A DNA stretch of 63,646 nt, filler included, from Sluysia triapertura (taxonomy: Eukaryota): the NCBI GenBank assembly GCA_046118255.1. It is 5 parts of 5 records of this genome, joined end to end, with 100 filler letters (N's around TTAATTAATTAA, not from the genome) between each part and the next. Parts side by side here need not be neighbours in the genome. Positions count along the whole stretch, not along the records: positions 52,469 to 63,646 come from JBJNIA010187789.1; 4 more parts are not named here. One strand, given 5' to 3'. Below the pieces are notes generated by a model that worked only from the letters and a program-made list of their open reading frames with translations, ran no database searches and had not been told where the DNA came from. The position numbers were made by a program, and so were the translations under genes. Positions 62,881-63,646 of this stretch are shown in pieces (the first letter of the stretch is position 1; each line of letters begins with the position of its first letter).

Positions 62881-63582
62881 ATTTTTAGAATTAATCTTAT
62901 TTTATGTTTAAAGGTTTTATTGAGGTTCTAAAGTTATTTAATAGTATATAAGGCATTCAGGAGGCTCTAGATGTTTGCATCTTCACCTCTCTGATTCCAT
63001 TTTCTACTTCTTCATGTTAATTATTCTCTTGTTTCCCTAACAATTATGGTTTTAAGTACGGGTTCGTCTGCGATATACGATTTATTACGTAAAGTAGACG
63101 TATCCACATAAAATAACTACGAAAGAATTTCCTTAATCTTGCTAATGGAAGCCACTTGATTACAAATTACAAAATTCTTTAATATTCTAATTTAAACAAG
63201 TAATGTGTCATTTTATCAAAACCTTTTAAGTCGCATAACTATTTTAATTTTAATGTCAAATAGTTCTAAAATCGTAATCTTACTAACGATTTTAAATCTA
63301 AATATTCTTTAGGTTAATTTATCCTCCTAAGTCTTCCTTATCAAAATCACAAATTCTAAGTATTCTATCAACTTATAAAACAAAATTTTTAATTCCTCAA
63401 CTAGTCCTATGACCGTAAACAACAATTTTAAATTTAAATGTTCTATAATATGTTTACTATTATTTTTCTTTCTTATCAAAATTTACAAAAAGTAAACGAA
63501 TGTATCTTATTTTATATTAACAAATGACTAACGAACAAAATACAATTTATTAATAAAGTCAACAGGTTATAAGCAATGGTAA

Positions 63583-63646
<64 letters not shown>
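63583..63646. repeat. (AAT)n microsatellite at the window end
   Basis: Direct reading of the sequence. Confidence 0.95.

Noticed and set aside
1-63646. Non-standard genetic code explaining the many in-frame stops
   Set aside because: SMG1 and both kinases read cleanly in the standard code, SMG1 ends at TAA right after the FATC motif, and the disrupted regions also contain frameshifts.
1-63646. tRNA, rRNA or snRNA genes
   Set aside because: No recognisable cloverleaf, rRNA or snRNA signature by eye; tRNAscan-SE or Infernal would be needed to exclude them.

Overview
Very AT-rich eukaryotic, almost certainly animal, scaffold. The species cannot be fixed from sequence alone; the candidate short GT-AG introns and divergent proteins would fit a compact invertebrate genome. 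It has five assembly gaps, four of them 100-bp N44-TTAATTAATTAA-N44 linkers. The window opens inside a >7.5-kb uninterrupted exon of the NMD kinase SMG1. The rest is mostly decayed transposons and gene fragments: a hATm-type element, a hAT Buster/Charlie MITE, a piggyBac MITE, a piggyBac transposase relic, weak Ty3/gypsy relics, a single GCN5/PCAF-like exon, Tudor fragments, a WDR7 5' end joined to a GT31 galactosyltransferase fragment, and a CCCH zinc-finger pseudogene. Two paralogous non-RD, Greatwall/MAST-like kinases have long uninterrupted ORFs. The most unusual signal is a recurring ~62-nt hairpin (ACCACCATxxATxxTGACA...TGTCAxxATxxATGGTGGT) found four times upstream of genes, whose two arms co-vary within each copy. 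Twice it is part of a larger double-palindrome module heading an orphan gene with 54-nt/18-aa tandem repeats, and in one case that module lies head-to-head with a kinase. This may be an undescribed mobile or duplicating cassette, or a lineage-specific structured promoter/ncRNA.
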